64,000 nucleotides of DNA, from assembly GCA_964594065.1 (NCBI GenBank), contig CAZQKX010000002.1:39909-103908 (forward strand). The letters are read 5' to 3'. Under the pieces are notes generated by a model. That model had not been told where the DNA came from. It worked only from the letters and a program-made list of their open reading frames with translations, and did not search any database. Shown one piece after another: positions 9,597 to 19,303 of this stretch. The position numbers were made by a program, and so were the translations under genes. Origin of the DNA: an uncultured Pirellulales bacterium. Lineage in GTDB: Bacteria; Planctomycetota; Phycisphaerae; Sedimentisphaerales; Anaerohalosphaeraceae. Within the stretch, counting starts at the first letter, position 1. Each line of letters opens with the position of its first letter.

Positions 9597-10454
9597 TTAC
9601 GACATAACAAGATAGAAAAAAGCAAACGCCGCAGGCGCCGTCGCCAAAGGCGAATCAATTACATCCAGTATCCCGCCAAATCCGGGGATATTGCTTGATG
9701 AATCTTTCGACGCGGCATCGCGCTTGATCATCGATTCAACTAAGTCGCCTAACTGCCCAAGAACACCAAAAACACTGCCGAAGATCAAGGCCTGCAAAGG
9801 AGGTATTATACCAGAAAAGCATGAAAATCCAAAGGATACAGCTGCGGCAAACAGAACTGCTCCAGCCAATCCTTCCCATGTTTTTCCCGGGCTGATAGCC
9901 GGGGCCATTTTGTGCTTTCCGAACAGCCGGCCGAGCGTGTAAGCTCCTATGTCAGAAGACTTTATGGTTAGGATAAAAAACAGCAGCGTCCAAGGACCCC
10001 ATATGACTCGAATGCCCAGGATAAATGAGCATAAAAAACCAAGATAAATAATCGAAAAAAAACTGGCCGAAATGTTTCGGATGGTCCCTTCGGTACCAAA
10101 TTTAAACGCCTGCGCTAAAAACAAAACCAGAAATACAACGGGTATCCAGAACAGAAGAAACCTGAAAAATTGCCCCATATTCATAAACTGTTCCCAATAA
10201 AAGGCCGTTGCCAGCAAAATCGATGCAGGGATCGTAACTACTTTAAAGAGATGTGCCCCGGTTTGCTTTATCAAATTGCCCAATTCAAATTGAGCCGGAA
10301 TTGCCAGCAGGGCGATAAGGATTGCAAAAAGAGTTGCCTGCGGTTTGTTTTGAACCGATTCGGATAATGAACCATCCAGATGCGCATCCAGCAGGATCAG
10401 GCCCAGAAAAACAATGATCATCAATGTCCCGAAAAGCAGGCGGTATTTCAGCAT
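9597..10454 (-). CDS. cdsA: Phosphatidate cytidylyltransferase
   Basis: Polytopic 285-aa protein with the CdsA signature SDIGAYTLGRLFGKHKMAPAISPGKTWEG and GGILDVIDS. Confidence 0.88.
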   Translation of the reverse strand: MLKYRLLFGTLMIIVFLGLILLDAHLDGSLSESVQNKPQATLFAILIALLAIPAQFELGNLIKQTGAHLFKVVTIPASILLATAFYWEQFMNMGQFFRFLLFWIPVVFLVLFLAQAFKFGTEGTIRNISASFFSIIYLGFLCSFILGIRVIWGPWTLLFFILTIKSSDIGAYTLGRLFGKHKMAPAISPGKTWEGLAGAVLFAAAVSFGFSCFSGIIPPLQALIFGSVFGVLGQLGDLVESMIKRDAASKDSSSNIPGFGGILDVIDSPLATAPAAFAFFYLVMS

Positions 10455-10464
10455 GATTACGATC

Positions 10465-11250
10465 TCATCCCTGAGTTGGTGTTTTTGATTTCACATCGCC
10501 GAAACGTCGCTGACGTCCGGCGTATTGAACGAGTGCTTCATCCATGTGTTCGGGTTTCAATTCCGGCCAGTACAGATCAGTCACGATGAATTCGGCATAG
10601 GAGATTTGCCAGAGCAGATAGTTGCTGATCCGCATTTCACCGCTGGTTCGCACCAGCAGATCCGGGTCATGCCAGCCGGCGGTATACAAATGGTCGCTGA
10701 AGGCCTGCTCATCAATGTCTTTAGGGTCCATTTGGCCATCTTTGACTTTTTGTGCCAATGCGCGGGCCGCGTCAACAATCTCTGTCCGCGACGCATAGTT
10801 CAATGCCAATCCGAGAACCATACCGGTATTGGTGCTGGTCAGGCGGATCGTTTCATCCATCGCGTCCAAAACGGTATCCGGCAAGGGATCTCTGCGACCG
10901 ACATGTTTCAATTGCACATTATTGTCCATCAGTAGCGGCCGAATGTTTTCCAGGTACAACGCGTACAGGTACATCAGGAAGTCGACCTCTTCTTTAGGCC
11001 GTTTCCAGTTCTGCATGCTGAATGAATACAGCGTCAGGTACTCGATCCCGCAGGCGACGCAGTGCAGTGCCATCGATTCGACGACTTTGCCGCCTTGTTC
11101 GTGTCCCTGAAAGCGGGGCAGTCCGCGTTCAGTTGCCCAGCGTCCGTTACCATCCATGATAACGGCGATGTGGCGAGGGATAGAGTCCGGATGGATGCCT
11201 AGCCGCGTGCCGGTTTCAATTCGTTTTTCTTCAAATGAACGTGTATCCAC
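10465..11250 (-). CDS. uppS: Isoprenyl transferase (undecaprenyl diphosphate synthase family)
   Basis: HIAVIMDGNGRWA, LTLYSFSMQNWKRP, and DLLVRTSGEMRISNYLLWQISYAEF. Confidence 0.9.
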   Translation of the reverse strand: MDTRSFEEKRIETGTRLGIHPDSIPRHIAVIMDGNGRWATERGLPRFQGHEQGGKVVESMALHCVACGIEYLTLYSFSMQNWKRPKEEVDFLMYLYALYLENIRPLLMDNNVQLKHVGRRDPLPDTVLDAMDETIRLTSTNTGMVLGLALNYASRTEIVDAARALAQKVKDGQMDPKDIDEQAFSDHLYTAGWHDPDLLVRTSGEMRISNYLLWQISYAEFIVTDLYWPELKPEHMDEALVQYAGRQRRFGDVKSKTPTQG

Positions 11251-11272
11251 TGTTCAATACCTTTATGGATCA

Positions 11273-12550
11273 TTAACTTCTGAATATCGCCTGGCTGCGT
11301 TTAGGGCCGACGCCGACAATCGTGACCGGTACACCGACGACCTTTTCGACTGCAGCGATATAGTTTTTCGTGTTCTCGGGCAGTTCGTCATAGGTGCGGA
11401 TATCGGAGAGATCCTCGTCCCAGCCCGGCATGGTTTCGTAGATGCATTCAGCGGCAGCCAGGTCCCCGGCATCCCCCGGGAAGAATGTTGTCTCTTTGCC
11501 GTTGACGCGATAGGTTTTGCAGATATTCAACTCTCCCATGCCGGCCAGTGTGTCCAGGTGCATCATCGCAATGTCCGTCACGCCGCCTAAGCGTGCGGTA
11601 TACGCTACGGCGACAGCATCAAACCAGCCGCACCGTCGCGGTCGGCCCGTTGTCGTCCCGTATTCATGTCCTTTTTCCCGAATAGTATTGCCGATCTCGT
11701 TATCCTGTTCGCTTGGGAAGGGGCCTGAACCGACACGCGTTGTGTAGGCCTTGACCACACCGATCAAACGTTGGACATGCCGAGAAGGTACCCCGCAACC
11801 GGGGCCTAAGCCCAGGGCACTGGCGTTGGAACTGGTGACGAACGGAAATGTGCCGTGGTCAAGATCCAGCAAAGCGCCTTGGGCGCCTTCAAAAAGGATC
11901 GTTTTGCCCGCATCAATTGACTCGTGCAGCAATTGTGTTGTGTTGCAGATAAACGGCTTCAGGATTTCGCTATGCGTGCAGCACTTGGCATAGATATCAT
12001 CGATGTCGATCGGATCAGCGTTATACAACGCAGAAAAAAGCTTGTTTTTGTATTCAATGATTTTTGCCAGCTTTTCTTTTAACTGATCCACGTTCCGCAG
12101 GTCCGCCATTCGCAAGGCATAACTGCGTCCGATTTTGTCGGCATAGCAGGGGCCGATACCGCGAGCGGTCGTGCCAATTTTATTCTTGCCGAGCGAGGCC
12201 TCACGAAGTTTGTCTTCGAGTTTGTGATAGTCCAGCACCATATGGGCATTTTCGCTGATGAACAACCGGCCTGTCAGGCTGATGTCCCTTTCTTTCAGAC
12301 CGTTGATCTCATCGATGAGCGTGCCGGGATCGACAACCACGCCATTGGCTACCACACAGACTGTTTTGTCACGCACAGCACCGGATGGCATGATATGCAG
12401 GGCAAATTTTGTCTCACCGATAATGACGGTATGGCCTGCATTGGCCCCGCCGCCATAACGGACGACGATGTCCGCGTTTTCGGCTAAAATATCAACAACT
12501 TTTCCTTTGCCTTCGTCCCCCCATTGCAAACCGACTACACATGAATTCAT
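11273..12550 (-). CDS. purA: Adenylosuccinate synthase
   Basis: GLQWGDEGKGKVVD P-loop, GGANAGHT, GTTARGIGPCY and TTGRPRRCGW. Confidence 0.95.
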   Translation of the reverse strand: MNSCVVGLQWGDEGKGKVVDILAENADIVVRYGGGANAGHTVIIGETKFALHIMPSGAVRDKTVCVVANGVVVDPGTLIDEINGLKERDISLTGRLFISENAHMVLDYHKLEDKLREASLGKNKIGTTARGIGPCYADKIGRSYALRMADLRNVDQLKEKLAKIIEYKNKLFSALYNADPIDIDDIYAKCCTHSEILKPFICNTTQLLHESIDAGKTILFEGAQGALLDLDHGTFPFVTSSNASALGLGPGCGVPSRHVQRLIGVVKAYTTRVGSGPFPSEQDNEIGNTIREKGHEYGTTTGRPRRCGWFDAVAVAYTARLGGVTDIAMMHLDTLAGMGELNICKTYRVNGKETTFFPGDAGDLAAAECIYETMPGWDEDLSDIRTYDELPENTKNYIAAVEKVVGVPVTIVGVGPKRSQAIFRS

Positions 12551-12620
12551 GAATGATCTCTCGTTTCTTTACTTAAGATGTATTTTGATTTTAAAATATT
12601 GTTATTTAAAGTTTTATTCG

Positions 12621-13076
12621 TTAGCTGATCTTCGCAACGACATGGTCAAGTACCGCGCCCAGATTGTCATACGTCCGATCGCTGATTTTTAGTTCTTTGT
12701 CTTGACCGCTGCTGTCCTTGTAAGTAATGACAAAATACCCTTTACTGTCAAAGTGTGTTTTATTGATGGATTCAATGGCGTCATAAGCGATTGTTTTATT
12801 ACCGGTATTCAGTGCATTTTCATCGGCAAGCAGTTTCTTGTTTTTTGTGATGAGAAAGAAACCGGCTGTCAGTACGCTGCCGACAATACAGATTGGAACC
12901 AATCTTCTGTTCCAGACCAAGGTGTCGTCTGGTACTCCATCAACCGTATGTTCTTCGGTAAACTTCGAGTTATAATAGCCATCATAATAAAACCAACCCG
13001 CCAAACCGATTAGAACGACTATAATGAGCAATAAGTTTTTTTTCTTGTAACTGCTGAGGGGCGCTTCAATTGCCAT
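12621..13076 (-). CDS. Hypothetical small membrane protein (2 TM helices plus a soluble C-terminal domain)
   Basis: 151-aa ORF, AT-rich, with two hydrophobic segments (LLLIIVVLIGLAGWFYY and LVPICIVGSVLTAGFFLI). I recognise no family. Confidence 0.6.
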   Translation of the reverse strand: MAIEAPLSSYKKKNLLLIIVVLIGLAGWFYYDGYYNSKFTEEHTVDGVPDDTLVWNRRLVPICIVGSVLTAGFFLITKNKKLLADENALNTGNKTIAYDAIESINKTHFDSKGYFVITYKDSSGQDKELKISDRTYDNLGAVLDHVVAKIS

Positions 13077-13099
13077 AGATCAAATACCTCCCTAATTAA

Positions 13100-13852
13100 T
13101 TAACGTCGTTGCGCGATAGCGCTGTTTAACGGTTGCACGAAGTTCGGAATAACCTTTTCGAACATAAGATTCTCTGCGATCTGACACTGCTCTTTATAAG
13201 CGGTGAGTGTATCAAAATCCGGTCCCGGCTGGGGGTAACGGCGAACCGTAAAATACAAACTGATGGGGTCGTCTGTTTTAAATTTTTCATTGCGGATATC
13301 GAGAGCCGTTGTGCGGGATTCGACCCCGATGCGTGCCTGCAGCCGGCAGTCCTCCGATAGCGTTACGATAGCCGATGGGCAGCAGTTGACCGGCCGCGAT
13401 CCCGGAATGTCAAATAGGGAACTGAAGCTGGAGTTGGCCAGCAGTGCCTCGGCGATCACTTCGTCGTGGTTGCCTTGATAATCAAGATCCATCGTATAAG
13501 TAATGTCCATCGAATCGATATCCAGCGGACTGACGCCGAGCATATACGGGATCAGTTCCAGTACCTGACCGTGCAGTTCGTAAGCGCTGCCGATGTCTTC
13601 CGGATTTGCACAGCCAGCGACAATGCGGTCCATCTCCAGGGCCACCCAGCGTTTGCGCTGACCTTGGTGTTCCTGCTCGAGAACATATTCACCGCTTTCC
13701 CTGCGGGCAAACCCGTTCATTTCAGGTAACTGTTTCTGCAGACGTTCAAAGAACGCCAGAATTGTCTCCCGGCTGGACGGCAGTTCCAATTGAGTGCTGA
13801 TACTCATATCGATAAACAGGTCGTCACAAAACGACCCAAAGCTATTTGACAT
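13100..13852 (-). CDS. Hypothetical cytoplasmic protein
   Basis: 250-aa ORF with coding-like composition, no TM helix or signal peptide, and no motif I recognise. Confidence 0.6.
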   Translation of the reverse strand: MSNSFGSFCDDLFIDMSISTQLELPSSRETILAFFERLQKQLPEMNGFARRESGEYVLEQEHQGQRKRWVALEMDRIVAGCANPEDIGSAYELHGQVLELIPYMLGVSPLDIDSMDITYTMDLDYQGNHDEVIAEALLANSSFSSLFDIPGSRPVNCCPSAIVTLSEDCRLQARIGVESRTTALDIRNEKFKTDDPISLYFTVRRYPQPGPDFDTLTAYKEQCQIAENLMFEKVIPNFVQPLNSAIAQRR

Positions 13853-14001
13853 TGATTTATCTCCAAAACTCTATTTGGCTATCCCAAAAACCAAGACATT
13901 TTGGCAGAAAACAGGTCTGATTACAAGGAAGAATCATCGAAAAGTGCAGGAAAAGAGCACAAAAGGGGATATAAAAAGGGTGGTTTCTCCGCCGGATGGG
14001 C

Positions 14002-16572
14002 TTATTTCTTCATATCCGGGTCAGGGAGGATGATTTCGGTGACAATCGCTCCGATTGTACAGAATATCGCTCCCGCAAAAATTCGCAAAGTCATGGGAAC
14101 TATCAGTTGAACCTGTTCTAATTGCCAGCTTTTTTCAAGATAGAATGTAGCGATGGAAAATCCTATACCAATGAAGATTCCGCAAATGCTTGCTGCCAAA
14201 ATGCGTTTTATCCGTGACAAACCGCCTGCAAACTGTGTCAATGTTCCCCCGGCAATCATTAACAGCACAGCTAAGATTGTCAGAAACGGTTTAACTGAGA
14301 TTTCAAAAAATGGTTTGATTGACATAAACCACATATTTTCTTCGGTAGGTATTGTTCCGGTTTGGGTGTAATAAAGGTAATAACTCATGGCCAAAATGCC
14401 TGCAAATATCACCGAAATCACAGGAATATGCCAAGTCTTTTCAGGCAGATTTGCACGCAGTTCGCTGATACGCTGCATACGGCGGCGGATGGTCAGCGGC
14501 CAGTTATAAAACGCGCAGAATATCCAGTGCTCAAAAAGTGCCCCGCGTTCGCCGAATACTGGTACAATATGTACTGCATCCGTTGCCCAGTGCGCTGCCA
14601 TAAACCGCGCCATGGCTGGATAACTATATGTCATCTGGATTGGAAATGCCAGATAGCCAATATATTTGAAATAACTCAAAAACAGGGCGATGTTGTAATC
14701 TTTAACGCTTCGATCTCGAATGGCCATAATAGTTGTTATAAGACCGCGCGTAAAAGAACCCGGAGAGATTGGTACAATTGCCAGAATACCCTGAATTGCC
14801 CCTGCATAAGCCAAGGCTTCCCAAAAAGTTAATTCGGGGTGATATATCCAATATATTACAGCTATTATTAATCCTACAAGTTGAGTCACGGGTATAGTTA
14901 AAAGATGTAAAACAAGTGCTATAAGATATTTCTGTATAAAGGGATCTTCAAGTTGTGAAAGAATTATTTGCGCGTCTTCATCACTGAGTATATGTTTTTT
15001 TTGACTTTGGATAACCATCTCTCGCATCCATTGCTCTCGGAGTTCGGGATGGCGTAACAGCTTATAGGGACGAATAAACAGAAAATATAGCTTATCTTTT
15101 AAAATCGTCGGATCGGTCAGGAATCGGTGCAGGCCTGCGGGTAAGATCGACAGCGGCAGATGCAGACAAAAGCCTACAACTGAATCACTGAGCCGGAGGG
15201 CTTTATCACTGTCAACGCGTCCGTCGCGGTGCCAGTTGATGAGTTTCTCGGCCATCCGCCCTTTAAAGGCCCGTTTGAAATAATCAAAGCTGGTTAAGAT
15301 ATTGCCGTAATGTTTTCGCCAATCGGCCTTGGCCCATATTTTTCGTGTTACTCTGCCGAGTATTGGAATCAAACCGAGCAGAAAGAACAGCAGCGTTTTA
15401 CATTTACAGCTTTTAAAGCTATCGATCTTGTCAGAATCGATCAGGCTGCGCGTTTGCCAGCCGGTGACAGCGCTGTCAAACAGTTGCTTATAAAGTTTGC
15501 CGTCATACAGCAGACGGACATGATTATGTGTTATGTCCGGGATGGAGTCGCGATAGATGCTTTCGCATGTTTTTAGCTCTTCCAGCATTTGCTTTCCCGC
15601 GGGCAGGGCGGCTAAAGCCTGCGGATGGTCGTTGAGGTATTGTTCCAGTGTTCCCAGATCGCCGCGGTCAAACTGAACCAGTGAGCCGCGTTTAAGCCCT
15701 TTGCCGATCAGTTTAAAATCACCCGGGCTCATTGGCAAAAACGGCAGCAGCGCCAGTCCCGCACGAAAATCGACACCGATCAAACCGGCAGTTGGGTCGT
15801 CATTGGTGTCGGTGCGTTTCAAACAGTTCGGCTGGCTTTTACAAGTAGTCCATTCATACTGTCTGGCGAATTCATGTGCTCCCAAATCGCCTAGCAGCTT
15901 GACGAATTCGGTCATGAATTGGTATTTGCTGCGATATTCCAACGACCCAAGTATATTTTCATCGACGGTTTTGCCTTTTCGCCAGCGTTTGAGCTGATCG
16001 ACACGGTCATCTACTTCCAGCCGCCATGTTCGACCCTCGACCCAGTCACTGATCTCGCCGCAGCTTCCCAGTGTCGAGTCCACAAATGTTGCGTGGATAT
16101 CGTTAATGCACTGCGGGTCGTCGAAGTGAATTTGGGCAGCAGCGCGGATAAACTTTTGCCACAGGGCTCCGGCGCGGGCCGCAGTAGGGTTGACCTGCAG
16201 TTGGAAGGGGGCCTGAAAGCCGACGGCGTAGAGAAAATTGCGAAAGAACAGCGATCCCTTTGACGGCGGGATCAATATCTTGACGGCATAGGTTTTGCCG
16301 AGTTGAAGAGCCATCCAGTTATCACAGGATTGTCCGTCGAGGGTAATTGTTAGCAGTTTGACCTTGTACACCTGTCCGGCGAAGCCGCCGCCGACAAATT
16401 TCTCGATGGCAAATCGAACTGTCGCAGTCGGCCCGGGTTCGACCGGCGTCATTTCATATTCCAACTCCGTGCCCGCATCGTAGTGCGTGATGCGCATCGG
16501 GCGGTGCAGGTTGGCTGCCTTGAAAGCCTCCTGAAGCTGTTTGCATGTTTCTATTGAATATTCAATTGCCAT
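14002..16572 (-). CDS. Atypical kinase-fold (ABC1/UbiB-like) domain fused to a polytopic membrane domain of about 10 TM helices
   Basis: 856 aa. The N-terminal part has a Gly-rich loop (KFVGGGFAGQVYKV), a VAIK-like YAVKIL, an ISDWVEGRTW hinge-like segment, SQPNCL and a DFG-like IGVDFRAG. The C-terminal about 480 aa are hydrophobic helices, including VPISPGSFTRG. Confidence 0.7.
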   Translation of the reverse strand: MAIEYSIETCKQLQEAFKAANLHRPMRITHYDAGTELEYEMTPVEPGPTATVRFAIEKFVGGGFAGQVYKVKLLTITLDGQSCDNWMALQLGKTYAVKILIPPSKGSLFFRNFLYAVGFQAPFQLQVNPTAARAGALWQKFIRAAAQIHFDDPQCINDIHATFVDSTLGSCGEISDWVEGRTWRLEVDDRVDQLKRWRKGKTVDENILGSLEYRSKYQFMTEFVKLLGDLGAHEFARQYEWTTCKSQPNCLKRTDTNDDPTAGLIGVDFRAGLALLPFLPMSPGDFKLIGKGLKRGSLVQFDRGDLGTLEQYLNDHPQALAALPAGKQMLEELKTCESIYRDSIPDITHNHVRLLYDGKLYKQLFDSAVTGWQTRSLIDSDKIDSFKSCKCKTLLFFLLGLIPILGRVTRKIWAKADWRKHYGNILTSFDYFKRAFKGRMAEKLINWHRDGRVDSDKALRLSDSVVGFCLHLPLSILPAGLHRFLTDPTILKDKLYFLFIRPYKLLRHPELREQWMREMVIQSQKKHILSDEDAQIILSQLEDPFIQKYLIALVLHLLTIPVTQLVGLIIAVIYWIYHPELTFWEALAYAGAIQGILAIVPISPGSFTRGLITTIMAIRDRSVKDYNIALFLSYFKYIGYLAFPIQMTYSYPAMARFMAAHWATDAVHIVPVFGERGALFEHWIFCAFYNWPLTIRRRMQRISELRANLPEKTWHIPVISVIFAGILAMSYYLYYTQTGTIPTEENMWFMSIKPFFEISVKPFLTILAVLLMIAGGTLTQFAGGLSRIKRILAASICGIFIGIGFSIATFYLEKSWQLEQVQLIVPMTLRIFAGAIFCTIGAIVTEIILPDPDMKK

Positions 16573-16595
16573 AAAGAATATAAAACTTCAATTTT

Positions 16596-16680
16596 AGGCC
16601 CGAAGGGCCGCCAGATAATTAGCCGGAGGCGTAAGCCTCCGGATTTTGATTGACGAACAGATTTTTAAGCCCCGAAGGGG
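16596..16680. repeat. Cluster of three short GC-rich stem-loops in the pgpA to kinase-like gene spacer
   Basis: GGCCC-gaa-GGGCC (16596-16608), CCGGAGGC-gtaa-GCCTCCGG (16622-16641) and GCCCC-gaa-GGGGC (16668-16680). Confidence 0.7.
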
Positions 16681-16735
16681 CGAAAGAAAAACACTCCCTA
16701 TTTTATCGGCGTATAAGTGCTAATCCTTAAACACT

Positions 16736-17230
16736 TTATCCGAAATAGCCCGGCAGAAGCCAATACAGGATGCCGAAGACGATGGCCGCATAGATGCCCG
16801 CCATGATGTCATCGGCCAGAACTCCGGTGCCGCGGGGCAGGTTTTCCAGCTTCTTACAGGGCCAGGGCTTGATGATGTCGAACAGCCTGAACAGCACGAA
16901 GCCGGATATGGCAGCCAACCCGACATTGCCCGGGTCCAGGATGGCGATAAACAGCATTGTCAGTGCTTGGCCCGCCACTTCGTCGGCGACGACGGTTTGT
17001 GGGTCCTTTTTGCCGGTTGATTCGATTAGCGCGGGGGTGTATTGAACGCACACCCACGCTCCGGCGATCAGCAGAAACGCCATCAGGATCGGTCCCGACG
17101 GCGGATACGGGCAATAATTCGCCACCAGCAGATACAATACGACCGGCGGCAGCGATCCCCACGTACCCGGCGCGCCCGGCAAACGTCCCAATCCAAAACA
17201 GGTTGTCAGTAGTTCTTCTTTTTTCATCAT
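16736..17230 (-). CDS. pgpA: Phosphatidylglycerophosphatase A
   Basis: GLGRLPGAPGTWGSL, ADEVAGQ and FRLFDIIKPWP motifs; 164 aa, membrane protein. Confidence 0.88.
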   Translation of the reverse strand: MMKKEELLTTCFGLGRLPGAPGTWGSLPPVVLYLLVANYCPYPPSGPILMAFLLIAGAWVCVQYTPALIESTGKKDPQTVVADEVAGQALTMLFIAILDPGNVGLAAISGFVLFRLFDIIKPWPCKKLENLPRGTGVLADDIMAGIYAAIVFGILYWLLPGYFG

Positions 17231-17409
17231 GGGGCCATTATACTCAGATGCAGGATTTGTGAAAGTTTAAAGTGCCTGACAGGCACATGAGTAAAACCAC
17301 CAAGAGCGCCTTTGACTGTTGGTGGTTTGGAAAAATTGGGTTCGTTTTTGGATACAAACCCATTTGGGAACAAGATTGTTTTTGTTTTTAGTCCTTTGAC
17401 ATCAGTAGG

Positions 17410-18720
17410 TTACGGCTGTTTTGCCGGTGCTTTTGGCCTTGCTGGTTTTTTCGGGACACCAATAATTTCTTTAATCTTTTCGGAACGCAGTTTTTTCAGC
17501 TCATCGGTCAAATCGCTTTCCCGCAGCATGTATTCAATGTAATATTTGCCGCCGTCCATAGGGATGCTGATCTTGCCGACATATGGGCCGCTGTCTTTGG
17601 ATGATGAGCGTGAGGATATTGAACTTCTTGATGAGGCTGGCATCATCATTGTTCCTGTTGCTGCCGGTTTTGGCGCACGAGGCTTCTGGGGTTGAACTTT
17701 ATCGACAATAATGAAAGAATTTCCTCTATGACTATAGGAAAACTTTGCCATATTTGCAATTTTCCCCATCGCCTGCCTTGCTGTTACATTATGCATGGAA
17801 ATCGTCCACTTTTCTTCAAGATCCTGTAATGCCTCTTTATGTTTCGCAAATTCAAGTCCTGCACGATTGGATAACGATTGAAAAATATCAAGCAGTGATT
17901 GATCTTCAAAGCTGATGTCAATTAATTGACTCTGTCTTAATTCCTTCATCTTAGAATAGTGGACAACTTGAATTTCCGGTATTTGGTTTGGCAGGTCAAT
18001 TGCCGGGATGTGCCATTCGGCAGGATTATCTCTCATTTCAATGCTTCTGAGTAACTGAGGGACCGTTACAGGCGTCGGAAGCGGGTATTCTTTCAGTTCG
18101 TCTCCATCGTCATCCGGTGGGAGCAACGATTCATAGATTGGTTCTCCTTGTTCATTCTTCCCAAATTGTATATCCTTTTCACCAATTAACATTCGAAAGC
18201 TATCATTGAGACATTCCTGGACATCCTCTATCGGCGAGACAAATACATCCTGACCTAAGGCCGTATTGATTGTCGCAGACACATTATCTGTAATATAGAG
18301 CGTAATGGGATTTGTGTAGAGGGCTTTAAGAACTTGCAATTGTCGTGTCGAGGGTCTGCCGATGATGTGATCCAGTTCCGGGCGGGGATAGATGACAATT
18401 TCATCGGCACCCATGGCATAGCGCATGAAAAACTCGTTCAGCATCTGTGTCAGGCTTTCGGAAGCAGGGCCTTTTAATGTTACCGACAGGCGGGTTGATC
18501 TTCCATAAGGCAGTTTCCATTCGGCTTCGCCGGAGATGCGAATTGGTACGTCGATCTCTTTGCTGATTTTGTCGAGCGCCTCAGTAATCATGACGTCATT
18601 TAAGCTTATCTTAATGTCCTTGTTCAGCTTTTCTCCGACAGAAAGTTCTTTGGCCATCGCGGGAATAGCGATAATTGCTGTTAATAAAACCAATAGCGCC
18701 AGTGTTTTCTTTGTGTTCAT
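17410..18720 (-). CDS. Hypothetical secreted protein downstream of an ECF sigma/anti-sigma pair
   Basis: 436 aa with a signal peptide (LALLVLLTAIIAIPAMA), a Ser-rich linker and a basic Pro/Lys tail. It is co-directional and close to the anti-sigma gene. Confidence 0.65.
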   Translation of the reverse strand: MNTKKTLALLVLLTAIIAIPAMAKELSVGEKLNKDIKISLNDVMITEALDKISKEIDVPIRISGEAEWKLPYGRSTRLSVTLKGPASESLTQMLNEFFMRYAMGADEIVIYPRPELDHIIGRPSTRQLQVLKALYTNPITLYITDNVSATINTALGQDVFVSPIEDVQECLNDSFRMLIGEKDIQFGKNEQGEPIYESLLPPDDDGDELKEYPLPTPVTVPQLLRSIEMRDNPAEWHIPAIDLPNQIPEIQVVHYSKMKELRQSQLIDISFEDQSLLDIFQSLSNRAGLEFAKHKEALQDLEEKWTISMHNVTARQAMGKIANMAKFSYSHRGNSFIIVDKVQPQKPRAPKPAATGTMMMPASSRSSISSRSSSKDSGPYVGKISIPMDGGKYYIEYMLRESDLTDELKKLRSEKIKEIIGVPKKPARPKAPAKQP

Positions 18721-18757
18721 TTTTGTCTTCCTTTTATTCTAAGATGTTCATTTTGTT

Positions 18758-19303
18758 TTATAGTAAGCAGGCAAGCTCATTTTCAGCATCTGTTCCGTTC
18801 TCTGACATATCGGATTCGGGCGCAAACATCATGACCCATGAAGGGCGTGAGGAGGTTTTCTTTTCACGCCCGTTTTGGTCGATGATCGTTATCTCACATT
18901 GGGCAACGGGACGATCGACCCGGCTAAAACGAACCTGCGTTTTCATTTGTGAAGGCATAATGACGATTGCTGAGGTTGCATCCGCGGCATTTTTAATACT
19001 CGTTTCGGCAACATTGTTGTGTTCGGTCCATTGTACGGCGGCATGCCGGCCCGGAGCCAGCGGGATCGGTTGGGCTTTTTTATGATTGAAGATGAAAATG
19101 GCAAGAAGCAGCACTGCCGCCGTAGAAATGCCAACAGCAGTTCGTAGCCATTGTTTCTCTGCCAGAGGAATGTTGCTGCGGTTTTGGGCCTGATCCAGCC
19201 GAGTTTGTATGCGATTGTGCAGTCGATCCCAATCGACCATCGAAAGCTGCCGGTCCGTATGCTCGTCGATGAGCCGATCGATATTTTCCAGGTTCTCGTT
19301 CAT
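18758..19303 (-). CDS. Anti-sigma factor-like single-pass membrane protein
   Basis: My preferred start is the ATG at 19303 (MNENLENIDRL...), giving an ATGA 4-nt overlap with the sigma gene stop. There is one TM helix (AVGISTAAVLLLAIFIF). The track start at 19360 would overlap the sigma gene by 61 nt. Confidence 0.65.
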   Translation of the reverse strand: MNENLENIDRLIDEHTDRQLSMVDWDRLHNRIQTRLDQAQNRSNIPLAEKQWLRTAVGISTAAVLLLAIFIFNHKKAQPIPLAPGRHAAVQWTEHNNVAETSIKNAADATSAIVIMPSQMKTQVRFSRVDRPVAQCEITIIDQNGREKKTSSRPSWVMMFAPESDMSENGTDAENELACLL

